Below, in pieces: positions 10,563 through 20,781 of a stretch of 64,000 nucleotides of DNA; positions within the stretch are counted from its first letter, which is position 1, and each line of letters starts with the position of its first letter. Below the pieces are notes generated by a model. The model saw nothing but the letters and a program-made list of their open reading frames with translations. It was not told where the DNA came from and ran no database searches. The translations under genes and the position numbers were made by a program. Source of the stretch: Prochlorococcus sp. AG-335-A05 (lineage in GTDB: Bacteria > Cyanobacteriota > Cyanobacteriia > PCC-6307 > Cyanobiaceae); the NCBI GenBank assembly GCA_003282425.1, contig QBZF01000002.1, positions 7,808-71,807 on the forward strand, in the 5' to 3' direction.

Positions 10563-11207
10563 ATGCAAAAAAAGTCTTATTCAATAAGTTGGGGGGATTC
10601 GTCATTAGAAATGCTCCCTTCAAAAGCATTACTTTTGCCTCAAACAAATGAACTATTAATATGTGACGTTCATCTCGGTAAAGCAGAATATTTTCAGCAG
10701 AATGGAATTCCTCTTACAAATAATTCAGATGAACAAAATTTATTAAGCATAAAAAAAATTGTAGAAAACTATAAACCTTGTAAATTAATTATTTTAGGAG
10801 ATTTTTTTCATAGTAAATATTCAATAAGTGAATCTTTAAAAAGTAAAGTTGAAAATCTTTCAGAGTCATTAAATATTAAAATTGAACTAATAGTTGGCAA
10901 TCATGATATCGGTTGCAAAGTTAAAAATATAAGCTTTCTTGAATATAAAAGATCTAGTAATTTTATATTTAGTCACGAGCCAATAGGAAAATTTGAAAAT
11001 AATATTTTAAATATATGCGGACACTATCATCCGAAAACATTTTTAAAAAATTCAAAAGATAAATTATCCTTTAAATGTTTTGCCATGGATGAAAAAAATA
11101 ATACATTATACCTCCCAGCATTTGGAGATCTCACAGGAGGATATCCTTGTAAGAATTCATTTAGAAAATGGGCAATTATTTCTGAAAAAGAAATTATTGC
11201 AGTATAG
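10563..11207 (+). CDS. pdeM: Ligase-associated metallophosphoesterase/endonuclease PdeM
   Basis: DVHLGK, GDFFH, GNHD, GHYHP, LPAFG. Confidence 0.9.
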   Translation: MQKKSYSISWGDSSLEMLPSKALLLPQTNELLICDVHLGKAEYFQQNGIPLTNNSDEQNLLSIKKIVENYKPCKLIILGDFFHSKYSISESLKSKVENLSESLNIKIELIVGNHDIGCKVKNISFLEYKRSSNFIFSHEPIGKFENNILNICGHYHPKTFLKNSKDKLSFKCFAMDEKNNTLYLPAFGDLTGGYPCKNSFRKWAIISEKEIIAV

Positions 11208-11424
11208 AATCTTCAAAATTATTAAAAATAATAATTAAATTTATCCTTTGAGCATACTAATTTATACATATAAATCTCATTATTATTTCTCATTTAGTAG
11301 ATTTAATCGAATAGTTTGAATAGTTAATGATAAAAATGAGCTCTAAAGAAAAGAATATAAATTTATTTACCCTTTCCTTAACTTGATAATTACGTTATAA
11401 AAAAAATAAACTTAACTTTTAATA

Positions 11425-11733
11425 ATGAAAAAATTAATAACTATTCTTATATTTCAGGTTCTGTTAGTGCCATTTGGTGTGAATGCTAATGAAAACTTTT
11501 CTGTAGAGATTGAAGCCCTTACATTAGTAATGGAGCAATATGAAAAAGATATTAATCTTGAACTAGAAACTGAACTAGAACTAAATAATAAAAAGCCTAG
11601 CTATATGGCTCTTAAACAAGATGAATGTAATGCTACTGTAAAAGTCACTGAGAAAACAGGCCTAGAAATTGTTGGGACTAAATCTTTCGATGTAAATGTT
11701 TGCAAGAAAGAAGTAAGTAAGGTTATAAATTAA
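11425..11733 (+). CDS. Secreted hypothetical protein
   Basis: Signal peptide ending VNA; Cys pair. Confidence 0.7.
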   Translation: MKKLITILIFQVLLVPFGVNANENFSVEIEALTLVMEQYEKDINLELETELELNNKKPSYMALKQDECNATVKVTEKTGLEIVGTKSFDVNVCKKEVSKVIN

Positions 11734-11777
11734 TTCTTTAAATATTTAGTAAAAGTTTATTCTTAAGTAATTTCAAA

Positions 11778-11858
11778 TAAAAAGAGGTCTTTTACTTAAA
11801 GAAGGTAAGACCTCGAGACCTGACAGAAACTTTGGAACGGGTTCTGTTAATTAATTGA
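11778..11858 (-). ncRNA. Putative sRNA (hairpin plus intrinsic terminator)
   Basis: ACAGAA/TTCTGT stem with loop CCCGTTCCAAAG, then GAGGTCTT/AAGACCTC stem and T-tract; strand not certain. Confidence 0.5.
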
Positions 11859-11872
11859 TAACGAATTTTATA

Positions 11873-11897
11873 TTGTACAGATGTAATAAAAAGTACA
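11873..11897. promoter_or_regulatory. Overlapping LexA-like and NtcA-like boxes
   Basis: TTGTACAGATGTAATA (LexA-like) overlaps TGTA-ATAAAAAG-TACA (GTA-N8-TAC at 11883-11896). Confidence 0.4.
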
Positions 11898-11921
11898 ATT
11901 TAAATATTTATTCTTAATCTC

Positions 11922-12071
11922 CTATTTATTTTTTTTGGATACTTTTTGCATTTCTTCTCTAGACAAAAGAGCTTCTATTTGAGCTAAAACTTTATGCAGT
12001 TCTTCTGTCTTTGTTAGAGAAGCCTCTGCGACCTCTCTTAGTTTTTCTAATTGTTCTTGAGTTTTATTCAT
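11922..12071 (-). CDS. 49-aa coiled-coil microprotein
   Basis: Hand-translated MNKTQEQLEKLREVAEASLTKTEELHKVLAQIEALLSREE. Confidence 0.6.
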   Translation of the reverse strand: MNKTQEQLEKLREVAEASLTKTEELHKVLAQIEALLSREEMQKVSKKNK

Positions 12072-12462
12072 AATTAATTAGTTAGAAATACATCACTTAA
12101 AATGATGGTTTTAAAACAAATTTTCACTCACACATAAACCTATCTTTACTCTGTTTTTTGTAAAGTCAAATAAATCTCTATCTATTGATGTTATATGAGG
12201 ACTTGCAGTTAAATCTTCTTTTATCATAATCACAATAAGATCAGAGATTAAAAAAGAGTTCAAAATTTATGATGTGAATACTGGTAAGCCTATAGTAGCT
12301 GTTGTTATTAATGCACCTGCAAAGATTAAAAAAGGAAGATAAGGAAAGTTTTTCAAATTTACTTTGGTAATTCGTTATAACTATATAGGTATTTATACTG
12401 TTTGTCTAGTGCTAATTCTTTCAAATAGTTTAAATTCGTCTTTTATGGGTATCAAATAAAAG

Positions 12463-13272
12463 TTATCCGAATTTCCCTGAGATATATTCTTGAGTAGTTT
12501 TTTCCTTAGGAGAACTAAAAATCTTCTTTGTAGAATTGAATTCCGCTAGATATCCAACCTTACCTCCATCACCATCTTCATATTCAATTGCATTAAAGAA
12601 AGCAGTCATATCACTAACTCTTAGAGCTTGCTGCATATTGTGAGTAACTATTATAATTGTGTAATTCTTCTTAAGTTCGTGCATTGTTTCTTCTATTTTT
12701 AAAGTTGAAATAGGATCTAATGCTGAGCATGGCTCGTCCATAAGTATTATTTCAGGTTCAATTGCTATTGTTCTTGCTATACATAGTCTTTGTTGTTGCC
12801 CTCCGGATAAGGAATAACCACTATCATTTAATTTATCCTTACATTCATCCCATAAAGCAGCTTTTTTAAGTGAAAGTTCCACTAAATCATCAATATCACC
12901 AACAAATCCATTAATCCTTGCTCCAAATGCAATATTTTCGTAAATTGATTTAGGGAAAGGGTTAGGTTGCTGAAAAACCATCCCTATTCTTCTTCTAACT
13001 TCTACAGGATCTACTCTTTTATCATAAATATTCGTCCCATCAAAAAGAACCGTACCTTTTAAAGAACAATTAGGAATTAAGTCATTCATCCTATTTAAAG
13101 ACCTTAAAACAGTGGATTTTCCGCATCCAGAAGGTCCAATCAGGGAAGTTATATCTCCTTTCTTGAAATTACAAAAAATATTTTTTACAGCTTCAAATTT
13201 TCCATAGCTAATAGAAACATCCTCAAGAGATAAAATGTTATTTTTTTGTGCCTTTTTAGTATTTTTAATCAT
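12463..13272 (-). CDS. pstB: Phosphate ABC transporter ATP-binding protein
   Basis: [31 protein letters not shown]. Confidence 0.97.
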   Translation of the reverse strand: MIKNTKKAQKNNILSLEDVSISYGKFEAVKNIFCNFKKGDITSLIGPSGCGKSTVLRSLNRMNDLIPNCSLKGTVLFDGTNIYDKRVDPVEVRRRIGMVFQQPNPFPKSIYENIAFGARINGFVGDIDDLVELSLKKAALWDECKDKLNDSGYSLSGGQQQRLCIARTIAIEPEIILMDEPCSALDPISTLKIEETMHELKKNYTIIIVTHNMQQALRVSDMTAFFNAIEYEDGDGGKVGYLAEFNSTKKIFSSPKEKTTQEYISGKFG

Positions 13273-13273
13273 T

Positions 13274-14167
13274 TCATACCCTCTTAGTCTTCTCTGTAAA
13301 TGCGGCTAAAATCCTTGAAAATATATTTACTGAAAGGATAGACAAAACAAGGATGAAAGATGCCGCCCAAGCAAGTTTATTTTGGGCATCATATGGTTCT
13401 AAAGCAAAATTATAAATTAAAACTGCGAGAGACCCCATTTCATAAAACAAATCGCCAAATCCCGTTATGTAATAGTAAGAAAATAAAGCAGTAAAAATTA
13501 ATGGGGCTGTTTCTCCCGCAGCCCTAGCTATACCAAGTACAACACCAGTTGCAATAGACCTAAAAGCAGAGGGTAAAGTTATTTTTAATATTGTTGTATA
13601 CATACTCGCTCCAACTCCAAGAGAGGCATACCTTAATTCGTTTGGTACTAACTTTAAACCCTCATCAGTTGTTTTTATTACAGTAGGCAGCATCAATATT
13701 GAAAGTGCCATTCCTCCAGCCAAGCCACTATACATACTTCCAAATAAAATTTTAGTAGAAACGACTAAGGAATAAATAAATACACCTGCAATTATTGAAG
13801 GAACACCAGCTAAAACATTAACTCCAAATCTTATAAACCTTGAAAAAGGTCCTCCTTTTGAATATTCAGCTAAATATATACCACCACCAACACCTACTGG
13901 TATCGCAATAATTGAAGCAATGGTAGTGATTATTAATGTCCCGATTAATGCAGGGTTAATTCCACCTGCATCTAAATCATCTCCAGGTGGGTTGGGCTCT
14001 AAAGTAAATAGCTCAGGAGTTATCTGTGCTCCACCTTTTATAAGAATATAAGTTACCAAAAATATCAAAGGAAGTATCGCTATAACTACACAAATTAAAG
14101 ACAAAGATGTAAAAACCTTATCTCCTATATTTCGAGATGAATTTTTCTGGTAAAAAAGTGAATTCAT
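13274..14167 (-). CDS. pstA: Phosphate ABC transporter permease
   Basis: [10 protein letters not shown]; multi-TM; operon. Confidence 0.96.
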   Translation of the reverse strand: MNSLFYQKNSSRNIGDKVFTSLSLICVVIAILPLIFLVTYILIKGGAQITPELFTLEPNPPGDDLDAGGINPALIGTLIITTIASIIAIPVGVGGGIYLAEYSKGGPFSRFIRFGVNVLAGVPSIIAGVFIYSLVVSTKILFGSMYSGLAGGMALSILMLPTVIKTTDEGLKLVPNELRYASLGVGASMYTTILKITLPSAFRSIATGVVLGIARAAGETAPLIFTALFSYYYITGFGDLFYEMGSLAVLIYNFALEPYDAQNKLAWAASFILVLSILSVNIFSRILAAFTEKTKRV

Positions 14168-14172
14168 AATAT

Positions 14173-15120
14173 CTAATATTTGAGACTAAATTTCTTAACT
14201 AGCCATTGAGCAAAAATATTTACCACCAAAGACAAAATCATTAGAACAAATGCTGCGTAAAACAATGAGGAAACTTGACTTCCATCAGCTTCTCCAAATT
14301 GATTTGCGAGCATGGAGGCAATGGTATATCCAGGAGATAATAAAGACCAACTAAATGCATTAGAATTTCCGATAATCATTGTGACCGCCATAGTTTCTCC
14401 CATCGCCCGACCTAAAGCCAATAAAACTCCAGCCATAATTCCTGACAATGCAGCTGGCAAAATTACTGAGAAAATAGTTTTCCACCTACTGGCTCCAATT
14501 CCATAAGATGCATTTCTAAGCTTTTTAGGGACTTGATTAAGAGAATCTCTAGCAATAGATGTCACTATTGGTAAAAGCATTACGACTAAAATCAATATCG
14601 CCAACAAAGAATTCCTACCAGTAGGTTCTGTACTAAATAAAGGAAACCAGCCAAAGAAATTATGTAAAAAGACAAAAAATGCTCTAAAAAAAGGTTCCAT
14701 TACAAATATTGCCCATAATCCCAAGACAACTGAAGGTATAGCAGCTAGAAGTTCAACAAAAGATCCTATTATTTCTCTAAAAAGTTTAGGAACAAAATCT
14801 TCAGTAATAAATATTGCGGTTCCTACACCCAATGGAATAGTTATCAATAATGAAAGAAAAGAGGTTAATAATGTTCCATATATTGCAGTAAATGCACCAT
14901 ATTCATCTTTTACTGGATTCCATTCAGAGGTTACAAGAAACTTTAGACCATACCTTGAGAATGATTCAAATGACTGAAAAAAGACTACTAAAACAATTCC
15001 TAAAAGTATGATCGCTACAAAACTAGATAAGACTAGAGCAGTATTCTTAAAAATAATATCTATATTTTTTTCAATTCCGAATCTTTTTCGATTCTTGAAA
15101 AGAGCTAATTTCTCTTCCAT
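14173..15120 (-). CDS. pstC: Phosphate ABC transporter permease
   Basis: ELLAAIPSVV, GRAMGETMAV. Confidence 0.96.
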   Translation of the reverse strand: MEEKLALFKNRKRFGIEKNIDIIFKNTALVLSSFVAIILLGIVLVVFFQSFESFSRYGLKFLVTSEWNPVKDEYGAFTAIYGTLLTSFLSLLITIPLGVGTAIFITEDFVPKLFREIIGSFVELLAAIPSVVLGLWAIFVMEPFFRAFFVFLHNFFGWFPLFSTEPTGRNSLLAILILVVMLLPIVTSIARDSLNQVPKKLRNASYGIGASRWKTIFSVILPAALSGIMAGVLLALGRAMGETMAVTMIIGNSNAFSWSLLSPGYTIASMLANQFGEADGSQVSSLFYAAFVLMILSLVVNIFAQWLVKKFSLKY

Positions 15121-15199
15121 TAAAAAAAAGAATATCTTTATAAATCTACTACTAAATGAGCAAAAAGACTTCCAGAAAAGTCAAAATTTGGATATTTGA

Positions 15200-15523
15200 T
15201 TATTTACAAGTTCTCTTATTCGATGATGATTGAATTAAATTACCCATCCAATTTTTAATATCTGATAATACTTCCAAATCTAATTTGTAGTAAACCCATC
15301 TACCCTCTTGTCTATAAGAGATAAGACCTGAATCTTTTAGGATCTTTACGTGATAAGAAATTCTAGATTGAGATAATCCAGTTACTTTAACTATGTCGCA
15401 AACGCATATCTCTCCACCCATCATTAATTCAAGAATATTTATTCTGATCGGATCTGAGAGGGACTCCATTATCCCAATAAATTGCTCACTATTAATCTTT
15501 TTAAGTTGTTCTAACAAAATCAA
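15200..15523 (-). CDS. arsR: ArsR/SmtB family repressor
   Basis: SDPIRINI, EICVCDI Cys motif, SQSRISYHVKILK helix-turn-helix. Confidence 0.92.
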   Translation of the reverse strand: MILLEQLKKINSEQFIGIMESLSDPIRINILELMMGGEICVCDIVKVTGLSQSRISYHVKILKDSGLISYRQEGRWVYYKLDLEVLSDIKNWMGNLIQSSSNKRTCK

Positions 15524-15571
15524 AAGATAATTAACTTCTTAAATATTAACCTAAAAAAATTAATTACACAT

Positions 15572-15605
15572 ATCAAGAATTATTGATACATCAATTATTT
15601 TTGAT
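15572..15605. promoter_or_regulatory. Tandem ArsR operator (2x ATCAA-N6-TTGAT) between arsR and gap
   Basis: ATCAAgaattaTTGAT-ac-ATCAAttatttTTGAT; matches the cyanobacterial ArsR operator. Confidence 0.8.
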
Positions 15606-15634
15606 ATATAATAAAACAGTTTTCAATATTTGTT

Positions 15635-16662
15635 ATGAAAATTGGAATTAACGGATTTGGAAGAATTGGGAGGTTAGTTTTAAGAATTTTATGGGAAAAA
15701 AAGATATAGAAATAACTCATATAAATGAAATAAGTGGGAATTCTTTAATTGCATCTCATCTCCTAGAGTTTGATTCTGTTCATGGTAGATGGAATAAAGA
15801 TATAACTTCGAATGACAACGAAATAATGATTGAAGGTAAAAAAATTTCCTTTACATCAACAAAGAACTATCTTGATGTTCCATGGAATAAATCTTCGGTT
15901 GATCTTGTTTTGGAATGTACAGGGAAAAATAAATCTCCCGAAGAATTAAATCCATATTTTGATCATCTTGGAATAAAAAAAGTAATAGTTGCTTGTCCTG
16001 TAAAAGGAATTGTGGGAGGGGAACAAGCACTTAATATTGTTTATGGAATTAATCAAGCCCTTTATAAAGCTGATAAACATAAATTAATTACTGCAGCGTC
16101 CTGTACTACAAATTGCTTAGCCCCCATCGTAAAAGTTGTTAATGAAAATTTCTCAATTAAACATGGGGTCATAACAACTATTCATGACGTTACAAATACA
16201 CAAGCACCAGTAGATTTTTACAAAAGTGACTTGAGAAGAGCAAGAGGATGCATGCAAAGCTTAATACCTACTACAACTGGATCAGCTAAAGCGATTGCTG
16301 AAATTTTCCCTGCATTGGAAGGAAAACTAAATGGTCATGAAGTAAGGGTTCCACTTCTAAACGCCTCATTAACCGATGCAGTTTTTGAATTAAATAAGGA
16401 AGTAACTGAAGAGCAAGTAAATAATGAATTTAAAAAGGCATCTGAAACATACTTAAAAGGTATTCTTGGATACGAGGAGAGACCCTTAGTATCAGCTGAT
16501 TACTTAAATGACTGTAGAAGTTCAATAATTGATGGACTTTCAACGATGGTTGTAAATTCAAATTTATTAAAGGTTTATGCTTGGTATGACAATGAGTGAG
16601 GTTATAGTTGCAGGCTTGCAGATCTTACTTCTTATGTAATTGAGAAAGAAAATAAATTTTAG
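15635..16662 (+). pseudogene. gap: ArsJ-associated glyceraldehyde-3-phosphate dehydrogenase, disrupted
   Basis: [13 protein letters not shown] at 15635 is out of frame with the body (frameshift near 15695); ASCTTNC active site; in-frame TGA at 16597 in WYDNE*GYS. Confidence 0.88.
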
Positions 16663-16667
16663 TTTTT

Positions 16668-17923
16668 ATGAAGTTATCTAGTCTTCAACAATATAGTGTC
16701 GTTACCGCAAACTATTGGGCATTTACTCTTACTGACGGTGCATTGAGAATACTAGTTGTTGGTCATTTTCATGAACTTGGTTATTCAACTCTGCAAATTG
16801 CTTTACTTTTTCTTGTCTATGGGTTTTTTGGAATAATTACAAATCTTTTTGGAGGCTGGATAGGAGCAAGATATGGTTTAAGACTTACTTTATGGATAGG
16901 AACAATTTTGCAAATTCTTGCTCTTTTCATGCTGATTCCAGTCAAAGAGAATTGGTCAGTATTCTTTAGCGTCTCATACGTTATGTTAGCCCAAGCTCTT
17001 AGTGGGGTAGCAAAAGATTTAAATAAAATGAGTGCAAAAAGTGCAGTTAAATCAATAGTTCCAGATTCAGAAGAGAATAATCAAAATAGTCAAAAACAAT
17101 TATTTAAGTGGGTTTCAATTTTAACAGGATCTAAAAATGCACTTAAGGGTGTTGGCTTCTTCTTAGGGGGTCTCTTATATAAGCTATTTGGCTTTAATAA
17201 TTTAGTCGGAATAATGGGTTTAGGTCTATGCTTCGCATTCTTTTTAACTTTATGTCTTCCTAAAGATTCAGGGAAAATGAAAGAAAGCCAATTTTTAAAG
17301 ACTTTTATTCAAAGTCTCAAGGTATAAATATTCTTTTAAGTGCAAGGTTCTTCTTATTTGGAGCAAGAGATGTCTGGTTTGTAGTAGCTCTTCCAGTCTT
17401 TTTAGACATTTCTTTTGGATGGGATTATTTAAAAATAGGACTATTTTTGGGTGGATGGATAATAATCTATGGTTTCTTTCAAGTATTTGCTCCATTACTT
17501 AGAAAAGTATGGGGAAAAAATAATAGCCCATCAAAAACTACAGTTCAATTTTGGGGACTTATCTTGACGGTTATTCCTTTATTTATTGCTGGAGCTTTAA
17601 ACGGCGATAAATCATTAGGCCCTGTAATTATTATTGGATTAATAATATTCGGCTTTATTTTTGCAATGAATTCATCTACTCATTCGTACTTGATTTTGGC
17701 TTATTCAGATAATGAGAAAGTAAGTTTAAATGTTGGTTATTACTATATGGCTAATGCCGCGGGAAGATTATTTGGAACCTTGCTATCTGGCTTATTATTT
17801 ATGCTCGGTAAAAATGCCACTATAGGTATGCAGTATTGTTTATACACTTCATCTATTTTGATTTTTATTGCTTGGCTTACTAGTTCTAAATTACCTTCCT
17901 ATTCTTCCAACAGCATCAATTGA
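16668..17923 (+). pseudogene. arsJ: Organoarsenical efflux MFS transporter ArsJ, frameshifted
   Basis: NYWAFTLTDGALR, AKDLNKMSAKS; after a frameshift near 17280 continues ARFFLFGARDVWFVVALPVFL..GYYYMANAAGRL. Confidence 0.88.
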
Positions 17924-18862
17924 TTTTTTTAGAATTTCTCCTTTCAAGGGTACGAAACCTAAGGCAGGTGCTTTTGATTGGTATTCATCGCTGAGCAATT
18001 CATAGAACGTATCTTGAATTGCCTTAGTATTTCTGCCATTACCTTTTTCATAAGCAAGTATCCAAGTTAAGGTCGCTATTGGATAAGCTCCTTTAGCAGT
18101 AGGGTTGGGATTTTTACCAGCTAGGTTCTTATCAAGATTTATTCCATTTAAAGCTATTGCGCCTGACTTAGCATTCGGAGTAACAAATTCACCAGAAAGA
18201 TTTTGTAAAGCAGCAGCTCTTACATTTCCTTTTATATATGATTGATTAACATAACCAATTGCTCCGGGAGTATTTTGTATAACACCCGCGACACCAGAAT
18301 TACCTTTAGCTCCTACTCCCGCAGGCCACTTAACAGATTTACCAGTACCTAAATTCCAAGTTTTAGAAAAAGCCTCCATAGAATTTGTAAGAGCTTTAGT
18401 CGTGCCTGAACCATCTGAACGATGTGCCCAAGTTAATTTACCTGTCTTACATCCTAATTCCTTCCAATTTTTTATCATTCCCATTGCTACTTGAACAGCC
18501 TGCTCCTGAGTTAATTTCAAATCGCAATCATAGTTATATCCAAACGCGATTGTTCCTCCTACCATCGGTATTTGTACAAGTCCTCTAGTAACTTTTCGTA
18601 TATCAGAATCTTTCATAGGATCATCTGAAGCTCCAAAATTCACGGTTTCATCAATAAAAGCCTTTCTTCCAGAACCTGATCCCATAGCTTGATAATTTAC
18701 CCTAGGGCCTCCAGATTTAGCTAAGTCAAAAAACCATCTTGTATAAATTTTCGAGGGAAATGATGCACCTGCCCCACTCAATCTTTTTGATGCCATCGCA
18801 GATGGAGAAAGTATTAATGAAATTGCAGAAGAGAAAATGAGAGCTTTCTTAAAAATGCTCAT
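17891..18862 (-). CDS. pstS: Phosphate ABC transporter substrate-binding protein
   Basis: Signal peptide, GAGASFP, GSGSG, FGASD, RSDGSGTT. Confidence 0.96.
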   Translation of the reverse strand: MSIFKKALIFSSAISLILSPSAMASKRLSGAGASFPSKIYTRWFFDLAKSGGPRVNYQAMGSGSGRKAFIDETVNFGASDDPMKDSDIRKVTRGLVQIPMVGGTIAFGYNYDCDLKLTQEQAVQVAMGMIKNWKELGCKTGKLTWAHRSDGSGTTKALTNSMEAFSKTWNLGTGKSVKWPAGVGAKGNSGVAGVIQNTPGAIGYVNQSYIKGNVRAAALQNLSGEFVTPNAKSGAIALNGINLDKNLAGKNPNPTAKGAYPIATLTWILAYEKGNGRNTKAIQDTFYELLSDEYQSKAPALGFVPLKGEILKKSIDAVGRIGR

Positions 18863-18934
18863 GAAAACCCTAAGATTAAAGACAATTTATTTATAGCATC
18901 TAACAAAGGGAGAAAAATAAAGATTAAGAAATAC

Positions 18935-18969
18935 ATCAAAATATTTTGATGTAATCAAGATTTCTTGAT
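18935..18969. promoter_or_regulatory. Tandem ArsR-type operator upstream of pstS
   Basis: ATCAAaatattTTGAT-gta-ATCAAgatttcTTGAT. Confidence 0.7.
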
Positions 18970-18973
18970 ATAT

Positions 18974-20029
18974 CTATTTCAACAGCTCAACTGAAACTAC
19001 AAGATTTCCTAAAAGTCTATTAAGGGTAGTTAGTTGTTCCTTACTTCCAAAAGCAATTAATACCTGACCTGGCTGAAGTAAAAAATCACCCCCAGGATTA
19101 GTTATTAACTTTTCATTCTCCTTTATCGCTAAAATTTTTGCACCGCTCTTTTTACCTATACCAAGCTCTAAAAGAGTTATCTTTTCTGCAGTTTCAAAAA
19201 GGCTAATATCATTACTCAATTCAAATTCTTCAATTTCACATTCACTTCCTGCCAAGAGATCAAGAAAGTCAATAGCTATTGGTCGAAGAGCCATTGATGC
19301 CATAGCTCTACCAGCGGCTATATAAGGACTAACAACAATACTTGCTCCAGCTAATCTCAATTTACTGGCCGCTTCTTCAGTTCCAGCTCTTGCAATTACT
19401 CTAATTGTACTTCTTATACCTTTAGCACTTAAAACAACATATAAATTAGCAGCATCATTAGGCAAGGTAACAACTAAACTTTTACATTTATCTAATCCTG
19501 CTAGTTTTAATGTTTCATCAAGTGTTGCATCGGCGCAAAGGACTTCTAAACCATTATCTTCAGCAATCTTTTTTCTATCTTCATCGCTTTCTACAACTAT
19601 TATTGGAATATTTTGTGTTTTTATTTGATTAGATATTTCCTGACCTACCCTCCCATATCCGCACAAAATTACATGATTTTCCATTTTTCTTAGAATTCTT
19701 TTAAAACGTAATTCATTTACTCTTTGAAAATAGCCGGATTCAAATAATCTAACAGCTTTTTGAAAGGTAAATTGAATAAAAATTAATCCACCAACGATTA
19801 TTAGAACAGTGATAATTCTGCCTTCAGGACTTAAAGTTTGAACTTCTCCAAAACCAATAGTGGTTATTGTGATCAGAACCATCCATAAGCAATCACCCCA
19901 ATCCCAGCCCTCTGTAATTCGATACCCAATAGCACCTAAAAAAAACAGAAAGAATAAAGAATAAATAAGGCCAAACCAAGGCCTTAAGTAGTCTTTAATA
20001 AAATAGAACTCAAATAATCTAAGCTTCAT
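18974..20029 (-). CDS. Potassium channel with TrkA-N/C (RCK) domains
   Basis: TTIGFGE selectivity filter; GYGRVG Rossmann motif. Confidence 0.93.
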   Translation of the reverse strand: MKLRLFEFYFIKDYLRPWFGLIYSLFFLFFLGAIGYRITEGWDWGDCLWMVLITITTIGFGEVQTLSPEGRIITVLIIVGGLIFIQFTFQKAVRLFESGYFQRVNELRFKRILRKMENHVILCGYGRVGQEISNQIKTQNIPIIVVESDEDRKKIAEDNGLEVLCADATLDETLKLAGLDKCKSLVVTLPNDAANLYVVLSAKGIRSTIRVIARAGTEEAASKLRLAGASIVVSPYIAAGRAMASMALRPIAIDFLDLLAGSECEIEEFELSNDISLFETAEKITLLELGIGKKSGAKILAIKENEKLITNPGGDFLLQPGQVLIAFGSKEQLTTLNRLLGNLVVSVELLK

Positions 20030-20427
20030 ATCTATTATTATCGTTAACTATTAAAAAATTTCACAATATTTTTCTATTATGTATCTAAAAGAATTTATTA
20101 ATTTTGTGAAATACATATTTAGTCGGATATTAATATTTATTTTTGTCGCTTTATGCATTAAACAAATGCTTTCTGTTTCAGGTGTAATTTAAATCTCTCA
20201 AAACAATTTTTTATTGTTTTACTTTTACTGACTCAATTAAAAAATCAGAAGCTGATCTCAACCAATCGGCTACAGTCAAACGCAGATCAGGTTGTGAATA
20301 TACTAATGCGACAATAATCGTAACTAAAATTATTTTCACCATGGCTGTTCAAATATTCTTTCGAATTAAAGCACATCTATAAAGTAAAAAGAACCTTTAC
20401 TAAATATAAATCAGACTAATTACCTAA

Positions 20428-20781
20428 TTAAATTTTCTCTAATTGATTAAATAAATATTCTACTCTTCTTAGATTAACACCTAAGTCTGATTGACCTAAT
20501 CTTGCCGCTGATCTTATTTGAATTATCCCTTTGGACCTATCAACATAACTCCTTGCATCGAGTTTTAAAATCTCAAGATCATCTGGAAATCTGAATATTG
20601 CACTTCTGCAAACACCTCTCCAGTAATTTTTACCACTTTCAAGGACTTCAGTTCTAGGTAAACCCTCAGCTAAAGAAACGAGTTGAGTAAATTTTTGATC
20701 AACATTTATTAGTTTCTTTTCAACTAAAGCACTATTTAATGGGTTTGTTATGGGAGCAAGGCCTTGGGCTGTAAAATTCAT
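20428..20781 (-). CDS. DUF1499 family protein
   Basis: FRFPDDLE, IRSAARLGQSDLGVNLRR. Confidence 0.85.
   Translation of the reverse strand: MNFTAQGLAPITNPLNSALVEKKLINVDQKFTQLVSLAEGLPRTEVLESGKNYWRGVCRSAIFRFPDDLEILKLDARSYVDRSKGIIQIRSAARLGQSDLGVNLRRVEYLFNQLEKI

Noticed and set aside
11822-11850. Plus-strand reading as a second downstream-peptide riboswitch
   Set aside because: Has the GGAACG hairpin but lacks the 5' CGTTC partner and any downstream plus-strand YRG ORF
16597-16599. TGA in gap as selenocysteine or recoded Trp
   Set aside because: The position is a conserved Trp, TGA is a normal stop elsewhere in the window, and the gene has other lesions
18863-18930. Pho box upstream of pstS
   Set aside because: TTAATCT half-sites occur but not at the 11-bp repeat spacing
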